Shown here piece after piece: positions 1 to 10,845 of a DNA stretch of 46,719 bases. Location of the stretch: NCBI GenBank assembly GCA_038087875.1, contig JAXLNO010001170.1, forward strand, positions 62,001 to 108,719, in the 5' to 3' direction. Below the pieces are notes generated by a model. The model ran no database searches. It was not told where the DNA came from and saw only the letters and a list, made by a program, of their open reading frames with translations. The stretch's first letter is position 1. Each line of letters begins with the position of its first letter. This DNA is from Malacoraja senta (taxonomy: Eukaryota). The position numbers and the translations under genes were made by a program.

Positions 1-404
1 GGGGATCTTATAGAAACATATAAAATTATAAAAGGACTGGACAAGCTAGATGCAGGAAAAATGTTCCCAATGTTGGGCGAGTCCAGAAGCAGAGGCCACA
101 GTCTCAGAATAAAGGGGAGGTCATTTAAGACTGAGGTGAGAAAAAACGTTTTCACCCAGAGAGTTGTGAATTTATGGAATTCCCTGCCACAGCGGGCAGT
201 GGAGGCCAACCCACTGGAGGGATTTAATAGAGAGTTAGATAGAGCTCTTGGGGCAAGTGGGGTCAAGGGATATGGGGAGAAGGCAGGCACGGGCTATTGA
301 TAGGGGACGATCAGCCATGATCACAATGAATGGCGGTGCTGGCTCGAAGGGCCGAATGGCCTCCTCCTGCACCTATTTTCTATGTTTCTATGTTTCTATG
401 TTTC
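1..404 (+). mobile_element. CR1-like LINE 3' end (RT C-terminus remnant, 3'UTR, (TATGTTTC)n tail)
   Basis: Translates GDLIETYKIIKGLDKLDAGKMFPMLGESR...FTQRVVNLWNSLP, typical CR1 RT tail; ends in an 8-nt tandem repeat. Same element at 11795-12703 and 24295-25204. Confidence 0.9.
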
Positions 405-710
405 AGTTTGGAGATACAGCGCGGAAACAGGCCCTTCGGCCTACTGAGTTCGCGGCGACCAGCGAACTCCGTTGACTAGCACTGTCCTAAACATGCTAGA
501 GACAATTTACAATTGCACCGAGCCAATTGACCTACACACCTGTACGTCTTTGGAGTGTGGGAGAAAACCGGAAATCCAGGAGAAATTCCACTCAGGTCAC
601 GGAGAAAACGTACAAATTCCGTGCAGACAAGCACCCTTATTCAGGATCGAACCCGGTTCTCTGGCGCTGTAAAGCAGCAACTGTACCGCAGCGCCACCGT
701 TGCACCCTGA
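405..710 (-). mobile_element. tRNA-derived V-SINE (HE1-like), antisense; truncates the adjacent V relic
   Basis: Reverse complement has a tRNA-like head and the ccggttttctcccacactccaaagacgtacag central domain. Copies at ~12705-13007 and ~25205-25510. Confidence 0.75.
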
Positions 711-780
711 TGGTGTGGGGATTTACGCACATATGTGGCTACATAGGTTTATTGCTCCTGTTCTTGTTTCAACGGCATCA

Positions 781-934
781 GCAGATACTGCCTGAGTCAC
801 TGAGTTCTTTCGTGGGTGCCCATGTACCTTCTCGGACAGTTCCATTGACTATCACTGGAGTCCTTCTCGTCGACTCTGCCGTGCATCTCCGCGCCATAGG
901 TCCGAGACCGAAGCAGCGGGTCCGAACAAAGACG
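781..934 (+). pseudogene. V relic psiV0-A (3' half of a V exon, decayed RSS)
   Basis: Frame reads LPESLSSFVGAHVPSRTVPLTITGVLLVDSAVHLRAIGP, matching FR3 (RTVPLTISG..DSAVYLCA) with Cys>Arg. Heptamer lost; nonamer-like acaaagacg at 926-934. Confidence 0.75.
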
Positions 935-1259
935 AACCCTGGCAGTTTAAGCGGGGGACCACCTGGGGAACCTGGGATCTCTTCTGAACATGCATCAAAT
1001 GTATTGCAAACAAGCTCCGTTCAAGCCAGTCCTCCAAAATCCTCCCGATGTTCACCAATTCTCCAATGGACGCGCGTACCCGCTTGCTTGCGGGCGTCTG
1101 CGTATGTACTTCGTCTGTGGGATTGCGACACAAAATAACGGAGATAAATAGAGTGAGGCATTGAGACGTACATGCGGACCTTAGGCCCAACAGATCCATG
1201 CCGATCTAGATGTATTCAAGGTGTTTAGGAAGGAACTGTAGATGCTGGAACAATCGAAA

Positions 1260-1446
1260 GTAGACAGAAATGTTGGAGAAACTCAGCGGGTGTGGCAGCA
1301 TCTATGGAGTGAAGGAATGGATGACGTTTCGAGTGGAGACCCTTCTTCAGACTGTCTGAAGAAGGAACTCGACCCGAAACGTCACCCATTCCTTCGCTCC
1401 ATAGATGCTGCCTCACCCGCTGAGTTTCTGCAGCATTTCTGTCTAC
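1260..1446. repeat. Imperfect inverted repeat (~93-nt arms, 1-nt loop at 1353) from Penelope-like terminal repeats
   Basis: gtagacagaaatg...cttcttcagac-t-gtctgaagaag...catttctgtctac. Copies at 13559-13745 and 26062-26248. Confidence 0.8.
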
Positions 1447-1459
1447 CTAAGATGTATTC

Positions 1460-1633
1460 AAGAGTGAGTTCGATATAGCTCGTGGTGCTAACGGAGTCAA
1501 GGATATGGGGAGAAAGCAGGAATGGGATACAAATTTTTGAGGATCAGCCGTGATAATAATATATGGCGGTGCTTGTACGAAGGGCCGAATGGCCTAATAC
1601 TGCACCTATTTTCTATGTTTCCATGTTTCTATG
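1460..1633 (+). mobile_element. Short CR1 3' fragment
   Basis: ggagtcaaggatatggggagaaagcagg...cctattttctatgtttc matches the 3' end of the CR1 at 1-404. Confidence 0.7.
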
Positions 1634-2188
1634 CCTAATCGAAGGTACTCCCATGTTTCGCGTCTGGCGCATATCCTTCCAAATCTTTCCTACCCATGTA
1701 CGTATCCAAGCGTCTTTGAAATGCTGCTATAGTCCGTGCCCCATCTACCGTACCTCATGTGGAAGCTCGTGAAAACTTTTCCCCTCAGGTTGCTATTAAA
1801 TCCTGCCGCTCACATATTAAAACTATGTTCACTTGTTCTGGACTCCCGTACCCTTGCGAAAATATTGTGTGCATTCACCATATCCACTCCTCTCGTGATC
1901 TCTTATACACTTCTTTCAGATCACCCATCAGACTCTTGCGCTCCTGCAGATAAAATCATAACTTGCCCAACGTGTCCCGATACGTAAGGTCCTCGAGTTC
2001 TGGCAATATTTCCGATTGAAGAGTTTGGAGAAATCACAAAATCCCAAACAAGCACGCAGATCAGAAGAAAGATTGACTGCACGAGCAAGGGAGCGAGAGA
2101 GGAAGAGGGGGAGGGTGGAGAGATAGATGGAGTGTCAGAAAGGTATTCGGATAGAAAGAAGGTAGACAACTAAACAGATAGAGCAAGA

Positions 2189-2360
2189 NNNNNNNNNNNN
2201 NNNNNNNNNNNNNNNNNNNNNNNNNNNNNNNNNNNNNNNNNNNNNNNNNNNNNNNNNNNNNNNNNNNNNNNNNNNNNNNNNNNNNNNNNNNNNNNNNNNN
2301 NNNNNNNNNNNNNNNNNNNNNNNNNNNNNNNNNNNNNNNNNNNNNNNNNNNNNNNNNNNN
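2189..2360. other. Assembly gap (172 N) over a GA microsatellite
   Basis: Flanks match those around the resolved GA/CA tract at 26991-27116. Confidence 0.85.
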
Positions 2361-2600
2361 GAACGAAGCGCAAGGAAATATAGAGGTGGAACAAATTAGC
2401 TTGCGTAAAGTGAGCAGGCTTGTGCTTAAATTGCATCGGTTGTGATCAACCAACCGTTCAAGAGGGAAACGCCCCTTAGACTCCCCAACAGAAAAAAATC
2501 TGCCCCTGATTTCCGTCTCCTCTCACATGTACTGTACAACGCGAGACATGAACACAGTCGATCATTTCTGCCTTACAGAGCTGTGTATAACCTACAGGCC

Positions 2601-2645
2601 ATGAACACCTTCTGGTCTATACTGATGATAATTTTCGTATTTCCT
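2601..2645 (+). pseudogene. Orphan leader exon La-A (MNTFWSILMIIFVFP), splice donor deleted
   Basis: Paralogous to leader 39295-39340 but lacks the 9 nt aggtgagct containing the donor. Confidence 0.8.
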
Positions 2646-3627
2646 TTGTTTCAATGGTTCCGAAGCGGAAAGTGTCTTTGATACCATGACATATTGCTCA
2701 CAGGTCCTTTGAGTCTCTTTTGCAATTTTCCGCGAGCGAAATGTGTCTTTGATACAAGCGCGACAGCCATCCCAAACTCTAGATATTTTTCCGTGATGCT
2801 TTCCTTCCAGCCAGGGGTCTGTTTCTATTGTCCTCCCCTTTGGATCTCGCAAGGCAGCTTCCCATGAAGACAAGGGCTTGGAGAGAACGTTGCACTCCGA
2901 TGGTGACCTCCGTCGTTTTGTCACCCAGTTTCTGCAACTAGCGAAACGCTGGTTTGCTTTGCGATTGGTGATAACCGGTCTGTCCAAGTGCGGAAACTGA
3001 CACGCTGAACGCTCGCAAGTGAGTTCTGATATCTCCGGGAACACCGCGGTAAATCTCCAAAGAAATTCAAAAGTAAAGGAGGCGGGGAGGTTATTGAGGG
3101 GCGTCGAGAGCCAGACAGACAGACAGAAGGTCAGACGCGCGAGATCAACCATTGCACGCAAATGAACTCCATTTTCCCAACTTACTTAACAGTTTATTGA
3201 CTTTTCACTCCCATCCTCGCACTTTGGCCCCTTACACTTAGCACTTTCAGCTGCTCGTCTCCCGGGTAACTTTTCCTCCATGTTTGCTCCCCACGACCTG
3301 ATCATACACTTGTGACAAGTCATGGCGAAAGGAATTACAACAGTACTCGGTGAAAATAATTCAACGATGTCAAAACCGACAGAATGGTATTGAACAGTCG
3401 GTAGAAACTTTACATTATCTGAAGAGTGTCGCTGCAACTCCCCCTCCCCCCACCTCGTGGTGGGCGGGTCTTAAGGAAACGGGCTCACATTGCGTGGATT
3501 ATGACAACCCATCCAATACGGCGTCAGATGCACGCCACATTGCTTCCTAAAGACATCAGCATCTGTCGTCCGATATCAGATGCGGGGCAGCGAGATCTTG
3601 AAAACAACTAACTCTTCTCTGTTTGCC

Positions 3628-4978
3628 ATGTGGTCTACATGTTCTTTGCTCGTAATAACGTTCGTCCTGCCGAGTAAGTCTGCGTTTAAACGCTCAGTAT
3701 GTGCACCAAGAGTCTGATAAGATAGAAGTTTGCAAACATTATAGCACGCACAGATAGCGTAGAATGTCAAAACACATTTTCTCAAGGTTGACGTGTCAAA
3801 GTCTGGAGGGCGCAGATTTAAGGTGAAAGTAGCAATGTTTAAAGGAGATGTGCGGGGAAAGGGGTAACGGGTGCCTGGCACAGACTGCAAGGGCGTGTCA
3901 ATGCAGGCATAGATGAAAGTGGTGTTTACCAGATTATTAGGTAGGCATATGACAATAGACAATTGACAATAGACAATAGACAATAGGTGCAGGATTAGGC
4001 CATTCGCCCGTTCAAGACAGCACCGCCGTTCAATGTGATCATGGCTGATCATCCCCAATCAGTAACCCATTCCTGCCGTCTCCCCATATCCCCTGACTCC
4101 GCTATCTTCAAGAGCCATATCTAGCTCTCTCTTGAAAGTAACCAGGGAACCGGCCTCCACCGCCCTCTGAGACAGGGAATTCCACAACGAAACAACTCCC
4201 TATGTGAAAAAAGTGTTTCCTCATCTCCATTCCAAATAGCTTACCCCTTATTCTTAAACTGTGGCACTAGGTTCTGGACTCCCCCAACATCGGAAATATG
4301 TTTCCTGCCACTAGCGTGTCCAAACCCTTAATAATCTTATGTGCTTCAATAAGATATCCTCTCATCCTTCTAAATTCCAGAGTGTACAAGCCCAGCCGCT
4401 CCATTCTCTCAGCACGTGACAGTCCCACCATTCCGGGAATTAACATTGTGAACCTACGCTGCACTTCCTCTAGAGCAAGAGTATGGATAAGCAGGGAATG
4501 GAGGGTTAGGGATTATGTCAATAAAGATAGATTAGTTTATGTTAGCATTATGCTCGGCACCGATATTGTGAAGGAAGGTCTGTTCTTGTGCTGTACAGAT
4601 CGATGTTATTTGTCGGTTATTTGTTGTAGGCTTTCAGCTTCATCGCATGTTTCTTTTTTGCTTTATTACAGGAAGCTACGGCGAGGAGTCAATGTCTCAA
4701 TATCCGCCTGAACTCACTGTTGTTGAAGGACAAGACGTAATACTTAATTGCAATTACCCCAAATCTTACAATCATGATGTCGCTTTCTGGTACATTCAGA
4801 ACGGTGGGCAAGCGCCTAAATATCTACTAAAACAATTTAATGCCGACTCCGGAGATCGGGCTCATGATTTGCCAGAGAGGTTTTCTGCTGCTTACCACAA
4901 AGGGAATCGCTCGATACCTTTAAGTATCTCCGGCGTCCTTGTCTCCGATTCCGCCGTGTATCTCTGCGCCATGAGGCC
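3628..4978 (+). CDS. TCR alpha/delta-type V segment V1-A (leader Lb 3628-3673, V exon 4672-4978), apparently functional
   Basis: Leader MWSTCSLLVITFVLP with phase-1 donor A|gtaagt; acceptor ttattacag; open V exon EESMSQYPPEL..LNCNY..FWYIQ..DSAVYLCAMRP with Cys, Trp, Cys intact; 23-RSS follows. Leader assignment inferred from its 46-nt structure shared with other leaders. Confidence 0.85.
3945..4485 (-). mobile_element. CR1-like LINE 3' fragment, antisense, in the V1 intron
   Basis: Minus strand [35 protein letters not shown]; (gacaata)n tail. Copies at ~16222-16755 and ~28705-29225. Confidence 0.85.
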
Positions 4979-5058
4979 CACACTGCGGCAACGAAGCGGC
5001 TGATCCGAACAAAAACTCTCTCTCGTCATTTCACTCGAATCTTCACCAGAGGGCGCTC
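4979..5058 (+). promoter_or_regulatory. 23-RSS (4979-5017) + CTCF motif (5040-5058) of V1-A
   Basis: CACACTG-23-ACAAAAACT; TCTTCACCAGAGGGCGCTC 22 nt later. Confidence 0.9.
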
Positions 5059-5377
5059 TCTTCCATCGTCCAAAAACACACCAACCCAAAATAGAATATT
5101 ACCCTCAAACACGAAGCGCCGTGCTTCATCTTCCAACATACTTTACATGTTTGCTTTGGTTTTATTCCTACTCGTCGACGGGCCTTTTTTTGCATTCCCC
5201 GTCTACATTCCATCTTTTATCCTCGCAGCTCCTGACGTTATTTCCCCCCCATAATGCTCCGCAAGGCTCCTGTTTCCACTTCACTACTCCGCGATATGCG
5301 TTTAACAACTGATTATGGAAAGGAGGGTTCGAAATCCTCTGAACTCATTAAGAATAAAACCAACGAATAAAACAGAG

Positions 5378-5695
5378 CGGCACAGTGGCGCTGCTGGAAA
5401 GTGCTGACGCCTCACTCCGCAAGGGACCCGGTTTCGATTCTGACCTGCTATATCGTCTGTGTGGAGTTTGCAGGTTATCCCTGTGATCGCGTGGATTTCC
5501 CCCGGGTGCTCCGGTTTCCTCGCATAACCCAAGGACGTGCGGGTTTGTAAGTTTATTGGGCTCTATAATTTGCCCCTGGTGTGTAGGGAGTGGAAGACAA
5601 AGTGGGATAACGTTCGCTAGTGCGAACGTGTGATCGATGGTCTGCATGGACTCGATGGGCGGAAGGGCCTATTTTTTCCGCGCTGTGTCTCTAAA
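5378..5695 (+). mobile_element. V-SINE (HE1-like)
   Basis: tRNA-like head (ggcacagtggcg...ccggtttcgattct) and gtgtggagtttgca...ctccggtttcctc central domain. Copies at ~17650-17970, ~30115-31320 (interrupted) and ~40296-40625. Confidence 0.8.
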
Positions 5696-6559
5696 CAAAA
5701 TTGAACCATAGTCAAAACACAGAAAAATGCAGAGTTTTGGAAGAAAGTTTTGAGAGACTTCGCGATATCGGGATGCATGCCCGAGGAATCATCAAATCCT
5801 TATATTAATATTACATCGTTACGTGATCAGGTCGCATTAAGAACGTTAGAAGACGTTAAATAAAAGAGTAAAACCATGTCCCCTTTTGTTCTTTTTGCTC
5901 CTACATTGAGAGTGAACACTCTCTGCATCACCCCATCTATTCCCCTCATTGTGTTATTAACCACTGTAAGATCAATCTCCGGCTTCCTGCCCTCCAAATG
6001 TATAAAATCACAGGCTGTACAACTTCTTCCTCTGGCTCAGGCCCCCGTGTTTCAAGTCGAGTCCAGAATCCGGAGGACAAACATACTAAACGGCATGAAG
6101 AACTCAGCGGGCCCAGCAGCACCTGAGGCAAGAGGTCAACGATTCGGTGAAGACCCAAGGCCAATATTGCCCCTTCTCATTTCCACGGGTCTAAAACAGA
6201 TTTTATTGTTCTGTTGGGGCATTTATAAACGCTGTGGTCTGTGATTATTAATTGGAATATATTTCACACAATGACATAAAGCGAATACCGCACACCGGAT
6301 AAGGAAATGATATAATTGAGCCAACTCTGTATTTCCTCGGGAGGCTATAGTCTATGTATCTATGTATCTATGTATCGCTGCATCTGCAAAACGCCCTTGA
6401 CCTGTGTATGGTCTCGCTCGGAAGCAGGCGGGCGTCACTAAAGCCAGAAAATGGAGAGACAGACAGACAAACGTAGCCTATGAACACCGACAGCAACATG
6501 AATGGCGCTGCAGAGAAAAACGATGCATGTAGAGAAACCTCGAGGTTCTGATACAAGAG

Positions 6560-6990
6560 ATAAAAGAGAAAGAGAAAAATTATCCACCTAAATGGAAAGG
6601 GCGGTGAGGAGAAGGGGAGAACGAGCACGAGATAGTGGAAGTGAGGAGAGTGAGTGTAGAGAAGAGATATTGAGCGTGAGAAAAGGAGAAGGACTGAGAG
6701 AGAGTAGAGAGTGTTCGTTTGAGAGAGAGTGTATGTGTGTGTGTGCGTGTGTGCGTGTGAGAGAAAGACAGAGAAAACAAATGTGTGCAGGCGTTTGAGA
6801 GCGAAAGATGGAAGAGAAGGGAAAGAGAGGTGGACATGGGGAGAAGGGGATAGATAGTGTGAAAATAGAGCGTACGCTCCACAGAGAATGTGAGAGGGAA
6901 GCGAAGGGATTGATGGGAGAGAAAAAGAGTGGGCGAGGGACACAGTGTGCGTGTTCGAGAGAGAGTCAGAGAAAGAGCGAAAGAGAAAAA
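6560..6990. repeat. Purine-rich GA/GT low-complexity tract upstream of V2
   Basis: Long gaga/gtgt runs. Copies at ~18800-19230 and ~41750-42190; shortened by a deletion near 32118. Confidence 0.8.
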
Positions 6991-7185
6991 AGAAACTCGG
7001 GTTTTGCCCGAACGTGTGAAATTAGAAGGCGGAGCGATTACCGCGAAACCAACCAATCCAACACCAGGGAACTGTCCCCGATTATCTTTAATGCGCCTGG
7101 TCTGAGCTTTGTGTCGCATGTCTGATGCGAGGCGTGAACATACTATAAACATTTTCTCCTCGACTCTTCGTTCAAACCGGACACC

Positions 7186-7943
7186 ATGAGTTCTTCGTGG
7201 TCCTTTTTGATAATGATGTTTGTGCTGCCCGGTGAGTCTGTGTTTAACTGCTCAGTGTTCCGTCCGGGGCTCCAATTTACCGTCGGACTTGGAGGTACGG
7301 TGGCGTAACGGTAGAGCTACCGCCTCACAGCGCCAGTGACCCGGGTTCGATCCCGACTACGGGTGTTTGGCTGTACAGAGTTTGTACGTTCTCCCCGTGA
7401 CCTGCGTGGGTTTTCTCCGAGATCTCTGTTTCTTCCCACACTCCAAAGACGTACAGATTAGTAGGTTAATTGGGGGCATGGTGTAAATGCAAAACTGTCC
7501 CTCGTGTGTGCAGGTTAGTGGTAATTTGCGGGGATCGCTGCTCGGTGCGCACACGGTGGGCTGAAGGGCCTGTTTGCGCGCTGTATTTCCAAACTAAACT
7601 AAACGATTCACTCGCGTGTTATGTTCGTTCTTACAGGAACGGGCGGCGAAGTGTCCGTGTCCCAGGATCCGCCGAAACAAACGGCCGTGGAAGGACAAAG
7701 CGTCACAATGAACTGCAGTTACTCTGCAGCGTTCAATGCCGACGCGGCTTTCTGGTACATCCAATATCCCGGGGAGGCGCCAAGATATCTACTCAAGAGA
7801 CTGCGCACTGGGTTTGCGGACCAGTCGCCGGATTTGCCAGAAAGGTTTTCTGCTGTTTTTCAGAAAGATAGTAGGACGGTCCCTTTAATTATCTCCGCGG
7901 CCCTTGTTTCAGACTCGGCCGTGTACCTGTGCGCCATGACGCC
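7186..7943 (+). CDS. V segment V2-A (leader 7186-7231, V exon 7637-7943), apparently functional
   Basis: MSSSWSFLIMMFVLP G|gtgagt; acceptor ttcttacag; VSVSQDPP..MNCSY..FWYIQ..DSAVYLCAMTP; tataaa ~40 nt upstream of the ATG. Confidence 0.92.
7278..7605 (+). mobile_element. V-SINE inside the V2 leader intron
   Basis: ggtacggtggcgtaacggtagagc..ccgggttcgatccc head plus V-domain; present in all four V2 copies. Confidence 0.8.
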
Positions 7944-8021
7944 CACACTGGTGCAGTGAATCAGCGGACCGCGACAAAAACCTTACCCGCCACTCCCGCG
8001 ACCGCTCGCCAGAGGGCGCGC
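7944..8021 (+). promoter_or_regulatory. 23-RSS (7944-7982) + CTCF motif (8003-8021) of V2-A
   Basis: CACACTG-23-ACAAAAACC; CGCTCGCCAGAGGGCGCGC 20 nt later. Confidence 0.9.
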
Positions 8022-8135
8022 TCACCCGGCTAAACGAAGGAGGTGCTTTTGCCAATCGGCGGAGAACAAATACGCTGTAGGTGCCTGATGTCTACAGTAT
8101 ATTTCCCTTTGTCTCTACAGGTTTAGCTCATCCTG

Positions 8136-8244
8136 TCGGGGCGGCACAGTAGGGCAGCGGTAGAGTTGCTGCCTTGTAGCGCCAGAGACTCGGGTTCGAT
8201 GCTGACCTCGGGCGTTGCCTGTGTGGAGTTCACAGCTCACCCTG
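8136..8244 (+). mobile_element. 3'-truncated V-SINE head
   Basis: Matches the SINE at 33412-33680 up to ctcaccctg, then switches to RSS sequence. Confidence 0.8.
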
Positions 8245-8315
8245 CTTCAGGGACGCAGCAGACCCGGACAAAAAACGCACGACGTGATACGGCGCGCGGC
8301 CACCAGGGGGCGCAC
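8238..8315 (+). promoter_or_regulatory. Orphan 23-RSS (8238-8276) + consensus CTCF motif (8297-8315), no V exon
   Basis: CACCCTG-23-ACAAAAAAC; CGGCCACCAGGGGGCGCAC 20 nt later; spacer resembles that of V5 (37436-37458). Confidence 0.85.
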
Positions 8316-9233
8316 TGGCTGCTTACATAGAACCAGAGAATCAGAAGGAACAAAGTACTTCAGAAGCCGGTTTATATCAAACATAGACATAAAGTGACCC
8401 TGCCCTCCGCATTTGTCCCATGCTCTGCACTAGTCTTTTCACTACTTCCACAGTTCACTACTCTTGACAACACATCTCACCAAGCCAATAATTGGCTCAC
8501 CAGAGCACCATACTGCCTGAGGTCATTTGTTGCCGGTCCGGATTTTTTTCCTGGTCTTTACTCGTCTCCGAGTAAAGTGACAGAGATGCAGATTGAGACA
8601 GGCAGAGTGAAGAGCCAGAGAGAGCAATTGATACCGATCGATCGTCACGGAGGATCCGCCGGAGTTAATTGGTAAGGAAGCACATGCAATACATAGATCA
8701 TAGAACAATTCATAGAACAGGCGGACTATCTTTGATCGGACTTTACTGGCTTTACCTTGCACTAAACGTTATTCCCTTATCACGTATATATACACTGTAA
8801 ATGGCTCGATTGTAAACATGTATTGTCTTTCCGCTGACTGGTTAGCACGCAACAAAAGCTTTTCTCTGTACCTCATTACATGTGGCAATATACTAAACTG
8901 AACTGAATACAGCACAGGAACAGGCCTTTCTGCCCACAGTGACCAAGTCAAGCATGATACCACGTTAAACTAATATCTCTCCCTGCGCGTTATTACTGAG
9001 GTGCAGGTACTGAACAGCTGCTTCCGATCCTTCGCGTTACATTCAGCACCCATGAAGAACGTCGGTCCTATTTGGATTCAGATGACGCATGCAACGTAGA
9101 TTCCTGCCCAACCAACGTGGGCTGCGAGACCAACCAACCCCGAACCAGGGTGACGCCCTCTAACTGCAACAAAAGGACACCAACCTTCAACATGCGTTGA
9201 CAACATTCTCTTATCCGCCTCCAGAACAACGCC

Positions 9234-9649
9234 ATGTGTGTCCTGCTGATATTGATTCTTGTGTTTTCCGGTGGGTCTGGCTAGGGTTGCGTGCCGAGGG
9301 TTTGATTTACCTCCGGAATGCTCACAATGTTGTGCTTTGTTACAGGAGCCCGCGGCGACGATGACGTGTCCCAGAAACCGCCGAAACTGGCGATAGACGA
9401 AGGGCAGACCGCAGAGCTGAATTGCACGTTTACCGCAGCTTACGATGACAAAACTGCCTTCTGGTACGTCCAGCACGCAGGGGAAGCGCCGAGATATATA
9501 CTGAAGAAATTAAACACATTCGAGCAACGATCTCCTGATTTCCCAGACAGGGTTTCTGCCGCTTTTCTCAAAGAGAGTAGGACGGTGACTTTGAACATCG
9601 CGGGGGCTCTCCTCTCAGATTCTGCCGTGTATCTTTGTGCCATGGAGCC
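9234..9649 (+). CDS. V segment V3-A (leader 9234-9270, V exon 9346-9649), apparently functional
   Basis: MCVLLILILVFS G|gtgggt; 75-nt intron; DDDVSQKPP..LNCTF..FWYVQ..DSAVYLCAMEP. Confidence 0.88.
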
Positions 9650-9727
9650 CACACTGACTCAGAGAAGCAGCGGACCCGGACAAAAACCCGCGGAGGACAT
9701 CCGACGAGATGTCACTAGAGGGCGCGC
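9650..9727 (+). promoter_or_regulatory. 23-RSS (9650-9688) + CTCF motif (9709-9727) of V3-A
   Basis: CACACTG-23-ACAAAAACC; ATGTCACTAGAGGGCGCGC 20 nt later. Confidence 0.9.
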
Positions 9728-10119
9728 TCGCTGGTCATGTGGAAGTAAGCAGATATATCAGTTTCCTGGCATCCAAAGAAGTCGTGATTTAAACCTTCTT
9801 GTACGAGAGGAACCACGATTTCCGAACGTTCTTTAAAATCTGAAATTGTTAAATCCTACACAAGAAACAAAAGCTCAAAGCTTTTTCAAGAAACCACCAG
9901 TTTCAAGAATAGTTTCTTCTTCACTGCTATAAATGTCACTTGGCAAGAATTTATTTTCGATCTTCCGACCTATCTCGTTCGGCCCTTTCATTGCTCTCTG
10001 CGTTTCACACTATATTCTTCACTCTGTTTCCTTTGCCTTTTTCAACTACACGCAACTGTACTATCATATCACCAACTAGAGAGCGGTCCTGAGCTGCCAG
10101 TAACCTCGAAGGTAGACAC

Positions 10120-10845
10120 AAAATGCTGGAGTAAATTAGCGGGTTAGGCTGCATCTCTGGAGAGAAGGAATGGGTGACGTTTCGGGTCGAGACCCTTCTT
10201 CAAACTGATGTCAGGGGGGTGGGCGGGACAGGCATAGAATGCAATGGAGACTGTAAGACTGGTGGAAGAACTGGGAAGGGGGAGGGAATAGAGACAGAGT
10301 GAAAGCAAGGGCTATTTGAAGTTAGAGAAGTTAGAGAAGTCAATGTTCATATCGCTGGGGCCTAAGCTACCAAGCGAAATATGAGGTGCTGTTCCTTCAA
10401 TTTGCGCTGGACCTCACTCTGACAATGGAGGAGGCCCAGGGCAGAAAGGTCAGATTGGGAATGGGCGGGGGAATTAAAGTGCTGAGCAACCGGGAGATCA
10501 GGTAGGTTGAGGCGGACTGAGCGAAGGTGTTCAGCGAAACGATCGCAAAGCCTGCGCATGGTGTCGCCGATTAACACCTGGAATAGCGGATGCAACAGAA
10601 GTGGTTGTAGGAGGTGAAAGTAAACCTCTGGCGCACCTGCAAGGACTGTCGGGGTCCTGGGATGCAGTCGAGGGGGGAGAGAGAAAGGAACAGGCGTTGC
10701 ATCTCCTGCTGTTGCAGGGGAAAGTACCTGGGGAGGGGGTGGTTTGGGTGGGATGGAGCGAGTTGACCAGGGAGTTGCGGAGGGAACGGTCTCTGAGGAA
10801 AGCAGAAAAGGGCGGGGATGGGAAGATGTGGCCAGTAGTGCCATT
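10120..10845 (-). mobile_element. Penelope-like element fragment (GIY-YIG endonuclease C-terminal part and terminal repeat)
   Basis: Minus strand IGDTMRRLCDRFAEHLRSV..PVAQHFNSPAHS..RKLKEQHLIFRL, characteristic of PLE GIY-YIG domains; frameshifted. Copy at ~22615-23345. Confidence 0.8.

Noticed and set aside
2592-3161. 189-aa minus-strand ORF recurring in units A, B and C
   Set aside because: No recognisable domain, antisense to a leader/relic region, and its conservation is expected from recent duplication.
6368-7152. Long ORFs over the GA-rich tract (also 18625-19388, 41608-42312)
   Set aside because: Low-complexity translations of simple repeats.
7290-7360. tRNA-like sequences (A and B boxes)
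   Set aside because: They are SINE heads followed by V-domain sequence, not complete cloverleaf tRNA genes.
9657-9836. ORF-track extensions beyond V exons (e.g. 172-189 aa products)
   Set aside because: Read-through across the intron end and RSS; not real coding sequence.
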